From assembly GCA_038042445.1 (NCBI GenBank), contig JBBTED010000002.1, positions 14,783 to 78,782 on the forward strand: DNA of 64,000 bases, written 5' to 3'. The notes under the pieces were generated by a model that was not told the origin of the DNA, did no database searches, and worked only from the letters and a program-made list of their open reading frames with translations. The stretch comes from Candidatus Firestoneibacteriota bacterium. Lineage in GTDB: Bacteria > Oederibacteriota > D2-FULL-39-29 > JBBTED01. Positions 28,082 through 37,887 of the stretch are shown here, in pieces; position 1 is the stretch's first letter, and each line of letters opens with the position of its first letter. The translations under genes and the position numbers were made by a program.

Positions 28082-29639
28082 CTTTTTTACCCTCTGTTTT
28101 GTCCCGCTCAAGAAGTGCATATTCATATTGCTCTAACAAATCAAATTCTTCAGCAGATTTCAAAACTTCTTTTTGTTCAGACTCCCAATCTTTTTTTGCA
28201 CTTTTAAATACAGGTTGGCCGGATTTCATTCTATACCATACATAAAATATAAAACAGAGTAACACCCATGCAGGCCCAGCTATTCTACCAATTTCATGTG
28301 TAAGAATAACTTCAACAAGAATTATTGCTACACCACACATACCAATAATTCCAAGTATTGGAATTTCTATTGTATTCTTTTTATACTTTATTTTTATATT
28401 TAATGGCATTTTATATGGTCTTGGTGTATAAGGATCAGAAAACCTTAATTTTATAAGTGAAATAAAAACAAGAGTATATCCAAGAGTTGCACCAAATGCA
28501 TACATATTGGCTAATGTATCCATTGCACGTGGAGTTAAAAACGCAAGTACAGTTTCTAAAATACCCACTGTTGAAAATATTACTATTGTTCGAGCTGGCG
28601 TTCTAAAAATCTGATGAATTTTATTAAACCAGCTTGGGATAAGCTTAAACTGACTCATACAAAAAGTAAGCCGTGAAGCACCCATTACACCTGTATTAGC
28701 CGAAATTAAAAGCATTATTGCACTCAAAATTGCTGCAAATGGACCGGCAATATACCCGATATATGGAATAGCAGTTCCTAAAACTGCAAGAGGATCTCCT
28801 TCATGCGCTGCAATTGTCTGCCATGGCAACATCCCAAGACCAAGTGTTGAAAAAGCTATTGCAAAAATAAAAACGCTAAATATGAGGGTAATAGAAGTAC
28901 GAGGAATTATAGTTGCAGGCCTTCTTGTTTCCTGAGCAGCTTGTGAAATTGACTCTAAACCTACAAAAGAAATAATAGCAAGTGATGACCCATACATAAA
29001 ATTATGCATTGTAGGTATTTCTTTTGCCCACTGATGAATAAAAAATTCTGGTTTCCATGCAAAAACAAACCCCATAATTATAAGAGCAGATTCGGATAGT
29101 ATTTCAATTACTCCAAACATTTCATTTAAAAACGATGATTCACGTACACCTCTTATATTAAGCCATATTAAAAATCCTATTAATACTACTGATTCCAAAC
29201 ACCACAACGGATTTATATTAACAAATGGACCTATAGTTATTTTAAATTGTTGAATATATGGAAAAAAGAAGTTTATATACCCTGCGCAAGCAACAGCGAA
29301 TAATGCAATATCTATTGTATAATCAAGTAAAAGCGCAGCACCAGATACAAAACCCCAGAAATCTCCTAATCCTCTTAATGCAAAATATTGCCCACCACCA
29401 GCTACAGGATATGCAGAAGCAAGTTCTGTATAAGCCAATCCTATCATTATATAAACAATTCCTGCTAATGCAAATGCCAGTGGAGCAACACCTTGAGTAG
29501 CAGCAATAACAAGACCTAAAGCTACACAAACATTAGCTCCTACATCTGCAAAACCCCACATAAAAGAGCCCCAGACTGTTACATCGCGCCTTAATTCCAC
29601 ATTTTTCTCAGTATTAGTATTATTCTTTAGTTTATCCAT
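28068..29639 (-). CDS. APC family permease
   Basis: About 12 TM; ELRRD, YTELASAYPVAGG, FVGLESISQAAQE, GASRL. Confidence 0.9.
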   Translation of the reverse strand: MDKLKNNTNTEKNVELRRDVTVWGSFMWGFADVGANVCVALGLVIAATQGVAPLAFALAGIVYIMIGLAYTELASAYPVAGGGQYFALRGLGDFWGFVSGAALLLDYTIDIALFAVACAGYINFFFPYIQQFKITIGPFVNINPLWCLESVVLIGFLIWLNIRGVRESSFLNEMFGVIEILSESALIIMGFVFAWKPEFFIHQWAKEIPTMHNFMYGSSLAIISFVGLESISQAAQETRRPATIIPRTSITLIFSVFIFAIAFSTLGLGMLPWQTIAAHEGDPLAVLGTAIPYIGYIAGPFAAILSAIMLLISANTGVMGASRLTFCMSQFKLIPSWFNKIHQIFRTPARTIVIFSTVGILETVLAFLTPRAMDTLANMYAFGATLGYTLVFISLIKLRFSDPYTPRPYKMPLNIKIKYKKNTIEIPILGIIGMCGVAIILVEVILTHEIGRIAGPAWVLLCFIFYVWYRMKSGQPVFKSAKKDWESEQKEVLKSAEEFDLLEQYEYALLERDKTEGKKDEAK

Positions 29640-29694
29640 AGTTTTTTATTATACTATATTACCTTATTTTTATCTACTTATTTTAGAGATTATC

Positions 29695-29810
29695 GGTAAT
29701 GGGTCAGTGAAATACGGAATAATAAAGTAGTCGCAGGCTTTAGCCTGCGTTATTTACCGCAAACTAAAGTTTGCGACTACCAATTCACCGCCCTTTACTG
29801 ATTCATTACA
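29695..29810. mobile_element. ~116-bp MITE-like element containing a family A REP doublet
   Basis: Imperfect TIRs ggtaatgggtcagtgaa / tttactgattcattaca; flanking direct repeat ATTATC (29689-29694, 29811-29816). Confidence 0.6.
29727..29780. repeat. GTAG-type REP doublet family A
   Basis: gtagtcgcaggctttagcctgcg...cgcaaactaaagtttgcgactac. Confidence 0.85.
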
Positions 29811-29940
29811 ATTATCGGTAACGAGAAGGCACAAATAGAGTTACAGCAATACTAAAAAGTGAAAATGAAGCTGTAATAACTGATAAATTTATAAGTTTTA
29901 GTTTAATAAAAAAAATATGCAGATTGTCATTAATATACTA

Positions 29941-30945
29941 TTAATGAGAGGGTAAAATCCTTAAACATTCGCCCCATGTCATAATTATTGGTTTATGTTT
30001 TGCAAAAAGTTTAATTGCTTCTTTATAACATCCAGGAATCAATGAAAAACCTCTTAATGGATGACCATATTCATATAAATGTCCCAGAATTAGATTTCTG
30101 GGTTTTATTTCATCAATTATTTCAATCATTGATGTTGATGTTGCATTAAATAAGAGAACATCTACAGGAGCGAGTTTTTTTACCCAAGACAAAATTTCAT
30201 TTGGATCATTTTGATCTCCCATATGAAGTATGCTAATTCCATCCCTTGTTTTGATATAATAACTTGTGTTTGAACAATAAGGATTTTGATGCCCAGCAAA
30301 AAATTTTACTTCTATACTTTCATTTAATGTAGCAATGGATTCTTTTATTGCAACTGGCAATTCATAACAATTCTTAAATCTGGACAGTGACTCGTATATA
30401 TCTGATGAAAGAAAAACCGTTTTGCCCAGAGAAATCATTTTTTTAATTATATTTATATCCATATGGTCGTAGTGAACATGAGAAACAAATAAAGTTTCGA
30501 GATTCTGACAAATACTATTTCTCAAAGATGACGATATACATATTTTATCTATGCCACTGATGATATCAAATCCAAATATTATCTCAGGACATTTTACAAT
30601 AAATCCATGACCATACGTTTGCCAAATTACTAATCCTTTTTTAACCTTGTATTCTTCTATTTCCAAAAGGACTTTCTTCATCATCTCTTGGTAGAAATAA
30701 CCTATATCAGATAAACTATTGCCAAAGAAAAAGATAAGTTTTCTATCAAGTACATTTAAAACTTCAAGCCGTAATTTTTTATTTTCAGTATCTGGTGCAT
30801 ATTTTTCCAGTAAAGACATTATGTATTTAGATTCTTTTTTAGTCATAGCCAGTGGTTTGGTAAAATTTATTCCAGATTTTTCATAAATTCCTTTAGATGC
30901 ACGAATTTCAACAGATTTCTGAATGTTACTACTTTCTATACGCAT
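29941..30945 (-). CDS. MBL-fold metallo-hydrolase (UlaG-like)
   Basis: SHVHYDH (HxHxDH), AGH, HMGD, LGHLYE. Confidence 0.85.
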   Translation of the reverse strand: MRIESSNIQKSVEIRASKGIYEKSGINFTKPLAMTKKESKYIMSLLEKYAPDTENKKLRLEVLNVLDRKLIFFFGNSLSDIGYFYQEMMKKVLLEIEEYKVKKGLVIWQTYGHGFIVKCPEIIFGFDIISGIDKICISSSLRNSICQNLETLFVSHVHYDHMDINIIKKMISLGKTVFLSSDIYESLSRFKNCYELPVAIKESIATLNESIEVKFFAGHQNPYCSNTSYYIKTRDGISILHMGDQNDPNEILSWVKKLAPVDVLLFNATSTSMIEIIDEIKPRNLILGHLYEYGHPLRGFSLIPGCYKEAIKLFAKHKPIIMTWGECLRILPSH

Positions 30946-30955
30946 AAATATTTCT

Positions 30956-31885
30956 TTATAATGTGGCTTTTAAAGTAAGAATCGCTTCTTTATAAGAGTC
31001 TTTTATCCTAACATTGTTTTTCATTTTTACCGCATCTAAAAAAACTTTTGATTCATTAATTAAACACAAATTTTCGTCTTCCTGTAATATAAATTCTTTG
31101 CCTTTTTCTTTAATTATTAATTTAATTCCAGGACAAACCAAGAGAGATATTTCTTTGGTTCCTGTTATAATTTTAAATCCTGCTTCCAAAACAGGTGTTG
31201 CAAAACTTGTGTGCATACATCCTATTACACCGGAATCAGTTTTCAAAAGCATTGCAGACGAATCCGGAATATCCAGTTCCTTGTATCTGATTTTGGCAGT
31301 AACAATATTTTTATCCTGAATTTCACCAAAAAATAATCTTATAAGATCAACAATATGTGTTGCCTGTTCAACAATCTGTCCGCCTGACATATCTTTTCTT
31401 TGCCACCATTCTTTTTTTACAACTTCAGGCATATTAAAGTAACCATCAAAAAAAGAAGTCTGTTCTTTTTTCAATATCGTCCTTAATTTTTGAACTAAAA
31501 GACTATATCTGAATTTATATGCTGCAAAAAGAAAAACATTTTTTTCTTCTGCTTTTTTCATAATATCTTCTGCAATCAACATATCAAGCGCTACAGGTTT
31601 TTCTATAAACAAATGGATTTTTCGTTTTATACATTCTGTCTCAACTAAGCCGTGTGCATGAGGTGGAAAACAAACATAAGCAGCATCAATTTTTTCTACT
31701 TCAAGCATCTTTTTGTAATCATCGTATGCATTTCCACCAAATTTCTCAGTTACTGCTTTTGCGTTCTTAATATCACGGCTGTAAACACCCACAATTTTTA
31801 CACCTGAAAAATCTTTAATTACATTCATATGCTGCAAATTATAACCGCATCCCAAAAAAGCCAATCTAATTGCTTTCTTTTCCAT
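30956..31885 (-). CDS. Gfo/Idh/MocA family oxidoreductase
   Basis: LAFLGCG, IEKP, GGQIVEQATHIVD. Confidence 0.9.
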   Translation of the reverse strand: MEKKAIRLAFLGCGYNLQHMNVIKDFSGVKIVGVYSRDIKNAKAVTEKFGGNAYDDYKKMLEVEKIDAAYVCFPPHAHGLVETECIKRKIHLFIEKPVALDMLIAEDIMKKAEEKNVFLFAAYKFRYSLLVQKLRTILKKEQTSFFDGYFNMPEVVKKEWWQRKDMSGGQIVEQATHIVDLIRLFFGEIQDKNIVTAKIRYKELDIPDSSAMLLKTDSGVIGCMHTSFATPVLEAGFKIITGTKEISLLVCPGIKLIIKEKGKEFILQEDENLCLINESKVFLDAVKMKNNVRIKDSYKEAILTLKATL

Positions 31886-31886
31886 A

Positions 31887-32927
31887 TTAATACTTAAGTA
31901 CAATTCCCATAACTTCTTCTGGATGTTTATCTATTAATTCATAAGCTTTACTAGCATCAGTAAAATCATACACATGACTGATTAATTTGTCTAATTTCAT
32001 TTTTGGAAAAAGTTTTAATACTGTCTCAGTTCTCCTTGCAAAATTCCATCTCGGACTTAAAACACGATTTATCATACCTGCCTGTGAACATTTGATATTT
32101 ATCCAGTTATGATGAAACTCTTCACCTAAATAAATCTGTTTAGATTCACCTTGATAAAACGACATACTTATTACTGTTGACTGTGGAGCAACACTACGAA
32201 TTGCTTCATTTAATGCTTTATAATTACCACTTACTTCAATAGCCACATCCGCACCACGATTATTGGTCAGTTTTCTTATTTCCATTGCTATATCCTCACA
32301 TTTTTTTGGATTAAGTATTACATCAACACCTAATTTTTTAGCTAAATTCAACCGTTTCTCAATTAAATCTATACCAATAACACAAGCAGCACCTGACATT
32401 TTAGCTAACTGACATAACATCTATCCGATTACTCCTAAGCCAAAAATCGCGATTGTTTCTCCTAAGTTTATCTGTGCATCAAGTATTCCGTTAAACGATA
32501 TTGTTAATAATGCTGTAAAAATACCATATTCAGATGAAATATTTTCAGGTAGCTTTATCACATTATTTTCTTCAATTATATAATCTGTTCTGTGAGATAC
32601 ATACGCAAAAACTTTATCACCTTTTGAAATATTTTTAACTTCTCTACCTACTTCAGTTACTACTCCTACATTTGCATAACCACTCTCCATAGGATATTTC
32701 CAATCAGGCTTTTCCGATTTAATAAAAAGTCTATTCAACTTATCAAATTGTTTGTTTAAAAAAGGGGCTTCTCCCCTATATCCTGCCATTTCAGTTCCAT
32801 GGCTTATTTCTGAAAACAATGTTTTTACTTTTATTTCATTAGGTTTTATTTTCTTTCTCCCCTCATATGTTTCAAATCCAATTTTTCTTGGTTCAAGAAA
32901 GACTAGTTTTTTATGTAGAGTAGACAT
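31887..32927 (-). pseudogene. MDR/zinc-binding-family dehydrogenase interrupted by an in-frame TAG at 32421-32423
   Basis: The two ORFs are contiguous in one frame: ...FGLGVIG*MLCQLAK...; GroES-like half (ISHGTE, GYANVG) plus the rest of the Rossmann domain. Confidence 0.8.
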
Positions 32928-32979
32928 TTTTTATACCCTCCTTTCTTACACAAAAAGACTTTTGTTTTTTCATATTATA

Positions 32980-33759
32980 TCACCACAATAATGCGGTTAG
33001 AATAAAGTCGGATATTAGTATTAATATTGATGCTAATACAACTGAATCTGTTGTTGATTTTCCAACACCTTCGGCCCCACCTGTAGTTATAAAACCCTTA
33101 TGACATCCTACTATAGCAATTATAATAGCAAATACACCTGTTTTCAAAAGACCATTAACAACATCACGTAGATCTAAATATAAAATTACACTCTCAACAT
33201 AACTTACAGTACTTGTATCTAATTTAGTATAACTTATTAAAAATCCTCCTAAAATTCCTATAAAATCAGCGAAAATTGTAAGTAATGGTAACATAAGCAA
33301 GCATGCCAAGAATCTTGGAACTGCTAAATATTTTACTGGATTTGCTGCCATTGTCTCTAATGCATCTATTTGCTCTGTAACTCTCATTGTCCCAATTTCT
33401 GCAGCAATTGCCGAACCTATTCTTCCTGCAACTATAATAGCAGTAAGCACAGGACCTAATTCTCTGCATAGTGATATAGAAACCATTCCACCAATAAATT
33501 GCGTTGAGCCAGCCATTTTTCTTTCTAATGTAACTCCTGTTTGCAATGCCAATACCATTCCTGTAGAAACAGATGTCAATGCCACAACAGGAATAGAATT
33601 TACACCTATTTGCACCATCTGATACATAGTATTTTTCCATTCAGACGGCTTACGCCATATCCAATAAAATACCTGTCCCAGAAGTTTTGAAAGCTTACCC
33701 GCTTCTTCAAGGTAATCTAAAATACCCCTGCCTAATATTTCAAGATATTTAAAACGCAT
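32980..33759 (-). CDS. mlaE: MlaE family ABC transporter permease
   Basis: RELGPVLTAIIVAGRIGSAIAAEIGTMRVTEQIDAL, GGAEGVG. Confidence 0.93.
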   Translation of the reverse strand: MRFKYLEILGRGILDYLEEAGKLSKLLGQVFYWIWRKPSEWKNTMYQMVQIGVNSIPVVALTSVSTGMVLALQTGVTLERKMAGSTQFIGGMVSISLCRELGPVLTAIIVAGRIGSAIAAEIGTMRVTEQIDALETMAANPVKYLAVPRFLACLLMLPLLTIFADFIGILGGFLISYTKLDTSTVSYVESVILYLDLRDVVNGLLKTGVFAIIIAIVGCHKGFITTGGAEGVGKSTTDSVVLASILILISDFILTALLW

Positions 33760-34099
33760 TTTTTATAAACTCAATATTGTTTTCTTCAGAAATTGCAATT
33801 ACATCAAACCTACAGGAACTATCAGTAAGTTTGTTTTTGACAAGATACTCTAAGGCTGTTTTTTTAATATGCTGCTGCTTAAATACATCTACAGCTTCTT
33901 GTGGATAGGAAAAATTATTGTTTTTACGTGTTTTCACTTCTACAAAAGTAATTGTGTTTTTATCCTCTGCAATAATATCTATTTCACCTCTATTTGATTT
34001 GTAATTTCTGGCAAGAATTTTATATCCATTTTGTTTTAAAAAATCAGTTGCTATCTCCTCCCCCTTGGCTCCCAACTTGCACCTCGCGTTTTCTTTCAT
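33749..34099 (-). CDS. yraN: YraN family (UPF0102) endonuclease-like protein
   Basis: [31 protein letters not shown]. Confidence 0.92.
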   Translation of the reverse strand: MKENARCKLGAKGEEIATDFLKQNGYKILARNYKSNRGEIDIIAEDKNTITFVEVKTRKNNNFSYPQEAVDVFKQQHIKKTALEYLVKNKLTDSSCRFDVIAISEENNIEFIKNAF

Positions 34100-34421
34100 C
34101 AATTCTACCCTCTCTTTCTGATTTTCCACGGAGATAGTATAATTTTGCCCTTTTGACTTTCCCATGTTTTAAAACTTTAATTTTATCTATAGACGGGGAA
34201 TACAAAGGTAATACTTTTTCTACGCCAACTCCATAAGAAACCTTCCGCACTGTAAAACTCTCATTTGTTCCACTACCTTTACGCGATATTACTATACCCT
34301 CAAAAACCTGAATGTGTTCTTTACCACTTTCACTTACTTTTAAATATACTCTAACTTGATCTCCCGGAAAAAATTTTTCAATTCGTGCGTGTTCTGTTTT
34401 TTGCTGTTCCATATTTATCAT
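34044..34421 (-). CDS. rplS: 50S ribosomal protein L19
   Basis: [38 protein letters not shown]; the start may be 34412. Confidence 0.96.
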   Translation of the reverse strand: MINMEQQKTEHARIEKFFPGDQVRVYLKVSESGKEHIQVFEGIVISRKGSGTNESFTVRKVSYGVGVEKVLPLYSPSIDKIKVLKHGKVKRAKLYYLRGKSEREGRIDERKREVQVGSQGGGDSN

Positions 34422-35185
34422 CCTTCCTTTTTGATTTCTTTCAATAATTCTTTATCTTCTTTCGAAAGATTTGCCTGCTCTAATAAATCAGGTCTGTTAA
34501 TTAATGTTTTTTTAATTTGTTCCTGCCTCCTCCATTTTTTTATCTTTTCATGATTACCTGATAATAATACCTCAGGTACTTTCAATCCTAAATATTCATC
34601 TGGTCTGGTATATTGTGGATAATCCAATAAATCCTGAGAAAAAGATTCATTTAGAATTGACTTTTCATTACCCACAGCATTTGGTAATAATCTTACAATA
34701 GCATCAATAACTACCATACAAGCAAATTCTCCACCACTTAAAATATAATCACCAATAGAAACATCATCTGTTGCTAAAAACTTTCTGACCCTTTCGTCTA
34801 CTTCCTCATAATGACCACAAATAAACATTAAATGTTTCTTTTTAGATAATTCCAATGCTTGGCTTTGTGTAAACTTTTTCCCGGATGGGGAAAGAACTAT
34901 TATTCTATCGCTATCCTTTAATTTTAATTGAAATTGTTTCTTACTCATTTTATCTTTTGTCAACAAACAAGAAATAGCTTCAAAAATAGGTTCAGGCTTA
35001 AGAACCATGCCTTCTCCTCCACCATAAGGACAATCATCCGCAGTTTTGTGTTTATCATAAGTATAATCTCTTATGTTATGTATTTTTATCTTAACTATAC
35101 CTTTTTCACAAGCTTTTTTTATTATACTATATTCTAATGTATTTTTAAAAATATCAGGAAAAAGCGTGAGAATATCTATTTGCAT
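34418..35185 (-). CDS. trmD: tRNA (guanine-N1)-methyltransferase TrmD
   Basis: [38 protein letters not shown]. Confidence 0.97.
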   Translation of the reverse strand: MQIDILTLFPDIFKNTLEYSIIKKACEKGIVKIKIHNIRDYTYDKHKTADDCPYGGGEGMVLKPEPIFEAISCLLTKDKMSKKQFQLKLKDSDRIIVLSPSGKKFTQSQALELSKKKHLMFICGHYEEVDERVRKFLATDDVSIGDYILSGGEFACMVVIDAIVRLLPNAVGNEKSILNESFSQDLLDYPQYTRPDEYLGLKVPEVLLSGNHEKIKKWRRQEQIKKTLINRPDLLEQANLSKEDKELLKEIKKEG

Positions 35186-35419
35186 CTACTTGAGAATTTC
35201 AATCACAACTTTTTTGTACAATTTTGATGCTGATGCGCCTGCTAATATACGAAGTGCTTTTATTATATGCCCTTCTTTTCCAATAACTCTTCCCATATCT
35301 TCCTGCGCAACTTTTAGCTCTATTATTGTAGTTTTCTCCCCTTCAAGAGCATTAACAACTACCTGTTCAGGGAAACAAACTAAGGATTTCACAACATATT
35401 CAACTAAATTTTTTAGCAT
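35186..35419 (-). CDS. khpA: KH domain RNA-binding protein KhpA
   Basis: DMGRVIGKEG; position after rpsP. Confidence 0.92.
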   Translation of the reverse strand: MLKNLVEYVVKSLVCFPEQVVVNALEGEKTTIIELKVAQEDMGRVIGKEGHIIKALRILAGASASKLYKKVVIEILK

Positions 35420-35443
35420 AAAATATCTTTATCCCTCTGAATT

Positions 35444-35725
35444 TTATCCTAATACGGGCTTTTTCTTACCTAACAAAAACTTAGAAAATATACCAGATTT
35501 TAAAAGAAAAGACTTTACAGTATCTGAAGGCTGTGCACCCTGCCCAAGCCAGTATATACTTCTTTCTTCATTTAATTTGAATTTATTAATCGTTTCTGCT
35601 GGTTTATAAGTCCCAAGTACTTCCAGAACTCTTCCAGCAAGTTTTTTACGTTTATCATTCACCACTATTCTGTAAAATGGCTTTTTAGTAGTTCCAATCC
35701 TTTTCAAACGTATCATTACTGCCAA
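35444..35725 (-). CDS. rpsP: 30S ribosomal protein S16
   Basis: AVMIRLKRIG, PFYRIVV, WLGQGAQPSDTV; TTG start chosen from SD spacing. Confidence 0.96.
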   Translation of the reverse strand: MAVMIRLKRIGTTKKPFYRIVVNDKRKKLAGRVLEVLGTYKPAETINKFKLNEERSIYWLGQGAQPSDTVKSFLLKSGIFSKFLLGKKKPVLG

Positions 35726-35768
35726 ATTTATCACCCCCTAATGAAATGTTAATTTTTAGATTCATACA

Positions 35769-35797
35769 ATGATAGTTTATAAACAAAATATCGTCAA
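35769..35797 (-). promoter_or_regulatory. Putative sigma70 promoter of the rpsP operon
   Basis: Minus strand TTGACG-N17-TATCAT. Confidence 0.6.
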
Positions 35798-35815
35798 GTA
35801 AAAAATAGGTAGAGT

Positions 35816-36529
35816 TTACCCTTTTTTAATTAGGGAAGCGATTTTTTCTTTAGTTAGTGCTCTTCCACAGGTTCTTTGGCCTTCATCACAATACAAATAA
35901 AAATCGCATTTAGGTGTAAGATATTGGGCAATAATTGGGAATTTATTTTGCATTTCTTTTTTTACCAAACTCATAAGTTTTCTGATTTCCCATTGAGAAC
36001 GATTACATAATCTATAGTGAGATACATGTATTAGATTACGCAAATTAGTTGTCCATATAACATTTGTTTTGCCTGCATTTGGAATGATAAACCTTGCATC
36101 TTCCTGAGATTGTTCTAATGATTTACCTTTATCTTTCAAATTTTTAACCTCATTATTATAATAGTCTACAATTTGTTTAACAATATCTTTGAATTTTTCT
36201 TCATCCAAAGATGGAGGTATAACAAAATAGTCATAATCACCAACATGGACATATCTTTGACTTTGCTGATTAAAAGCACCCATTCTATGCCTAACCAATT
36301 GATGAGAACAGGATCTTGACATACCACTTATTCCAAATGTAAAATTCGCATGCTCCAAAACTGAACCATGCCCCTGTTTAACTAATTCGTTAAACAACCT
36401 ATTTTTTAGTTTTTCGCTCCCTGCTTTTTCATAAGCCTCTTGTGGTGTTCCTTTTTGATAGCATAACAAAGCAGCAGCAACTGTAATTCTTTCTGGTTCT
36501 GGTGTATGTGTTAAAAGTTTGACTTCCAT
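35816..36529 (-). CDS. thyX: FAD-dependent thymidylate synthase ThyX
   Basis: GHGSVLEH, HQLVRHR...QQSQRY, EDARF, QWEIR. Confidence 0.95.
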   Translation of the reverse strand: MEVKLLTHTPEPERITVAAALLCYQKGTPQEAYEKAGSEKLKNRLFNELVKQGHGSVLEHANFTFGISGMSRSCSHQLVRHRMGAFNQQSQRYVHVGDYDYFVIPPSLDEEKFKDIVKQIVDYYNNEVKNLKDKGKSLEQSQEDARFIIPNAGKTNVIWTTNLRNLIHVSHYRLCNRSQWEIRKLMSLVKKEMQNKFPIIAQYLTPKCDFYLYCDEGQRTCGRALTKEKIASLIKKG

Positions 36530-36540
36530 AATTATTATAT

Positions 36541-36560
36541 ACTGAAACAAGTTCAGGACA
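36541..36560. repeat. Remnant of family E repeat
   Basis: ctgaaacaagttcagg identical to the family E hairpin. Confidence 0.6.
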
Positions 36561-36563
36561 AAT

Positions 36564-36980
36564 TCACTTTGCTTTCTGATTCATTGTACGAAACATATTA
36601 TAGACAAAAAGTAGTACTGAAATACCTTCGATTATATAAGATATAATTAATAATAATTGCCCAAAGTCGTCTTGTGATATTTTCAATATTGGCCACAAAA
36701 CACCCATTCCAATTAAGCCAATATTTGCAAGCCAAAACTGAATATCTGCCATTTTAGGAGAATAAAGAGGAGTTCCGTTAAACCTCGGCAATATATGATA
36801 ACCAACACCATATACCATCATAGTCATCCAACCAAGCAACCCAAAATGCACATGTGTAAACAACAAAGCATCTATAACAATTCCATTATAATGCCATATT
36901 CCCATAACAACACCCAAAACTGCAGCAAGTAAAAAATAAATAATTGATGCTTTTATAAATAATATTGTCGCTTTGCTCAT
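36564..36980 (-). CDS. Four-TM membrane protein resembling a heme-copper oxidase subunit I fragment
   Basis: HVHFGLLGWMTMMVYGVGYHILPRF motif. Confidence 0.7.
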   Translation of the reverse strand: MSKATILFIKASIIYFLLAAVLGVVMGIWHYNGIVIDALLFTHVHFGLLGWMTMMVYGVGYHILPRFNGTPLYSPKMADIQFWLANIGLIGMGVLWPILKISQDDFGQLLLIISYIIEGISVLLFVYNMFRTMNQKAK

Positions 36981-36986
36981 AATTAA

Positions 36987-37016
36987 TTCCCCCCTACCCC
37001 CCTTTAATAAAGGGGG
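36987..37016. repeat. Family C palindromic repeat
   Basis: ttcccccctacccccctttaataaaggggg. Confidence 0.8.
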
Positions 37017-37027
37017 TAAAATTGTTT

Positions 37028-37879
37028 TTAAAATGATTCTCTTCCTATTCTATGGACAAAAGAACCAAATCGTTCATTGTTTTTTGATTCTTGTATATAC
37101 AACTTTAAACATATCTCTAAAGATTGGACAACATCATTTTCATCAATAGTATCAAATAATTTAATTGCAAATTGTGGATGCCTTCCAAGTTTTCCTCCAA
37201 TAAACACAGAATAACTTCTTTTTTTAGTAACTAATGCACACACAGGACAAACTTTTATACACGCAAAACATCCAACACATTTAGAATAATCAATTATAGG
37301 CAAAATGTCATCTTTTATGTTTATAGCATTTTCTTTGCATTCTTCAATACAAAGTTTGCAATTTATACATTTACCATCTATCGCTTCTGGAAATACTTGT
37401 GCTATAACGCCAAAATCTTTTATCTGTGGCTGAGAACAAGCATTAGGACATTCTGATATAGAAACTCTAAATGTATGATGATACAATACAGGTCCATCTA
37501 TTTTATCAATCAAAATGTCTGTAGTTTTCATTTCATCAAGTTTAGCCTGTAATTTGACAATCAAATTTCTAGAATCCGCCAAAGACAAAGGGCATAAATG
37601 CTTATCATTGCATCCTGTTATTTCATATAGTTTAGATTTATCCGCAACAATTTGCGTTTCACATTCACTATTAAAAGGTTTTTGCATTAAAGATACTAAT
37701 TTTTCTGTATCTATACCTACTTTTAAAAATATAAGTTTCTTTACTTCATCTACATCATTTTCTGTTACTCTTATTCTATCTTTAGAAACAACATATTCTT
37801 CCACTTTTTTCTTAGCCAAACTTCTTACAAATACAGGTACTTTTTTAATTCTCGCAAAAGCGTCAGTTTCCCATTCCAT
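37028..37879 (-). CDS. Nitrite/sulfite reductase-like 4Fe-4S protein with PCP_red-like N-terminus and dicluster ferredoxin
   Basis: MEW..A...KKVPVFVR N-terminus; Cx5C (CNDKHLC) and SECPNAC; two CxxCxxCxxxC motifs; GGKLGRHP; ERFG. Confidence 0.8.
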   Translation of the reverse strand: MEWETDAFARIKKVPVFVRSLAKKKVEEYVVSKDRIRVTENDVDEVKKLIFLKVGIDTEKLVSLMQKPFNSECETQIVADKSKLYEITGCNDKHLCPLSLADSRNLIVKLQAKLDEMKTTDILIDKIDGPVLYHHTFRVSISECPNACSQPQIKDFGVIAQVFPEAIDGKCINCKLCIEECKENAINIKDDILPIIDYSKCVGCFACIKVCPVCALVTKKRSYSVFIGGKLGRHPQFAIKLFDTIDENDVVQSLEICLKLYIQESKNNERFGSFVHRIGRESF

Positions 37880-37887
37880 AATTATAG

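Noticed and set aside
29640..29940. c-di-AMP (ydaO) riboswitch upstream of the APC permease
   Set aside because: The structure is explained by the REP/MITE and the gene appears leaderless; no riboswitch motifs recognised.
32421..32423. Genome-wide TAG recoding or pyrrolysine
   Set aside because: TAG terminates pstB1, gltX, khpA and others at expected ends; no pyl genes in the window.
35183..35188. KhpA-TrmD readthrough fusion at TAG-ATG
   Set aside because: Both proteins are full-length with normal termini; simple tight packing explains it.
36564..36980. Genuine cbb3 oxidase or NO reductase subunit I
   Set aside because: Only 138 aa and 4 TM, with no partner subunits.
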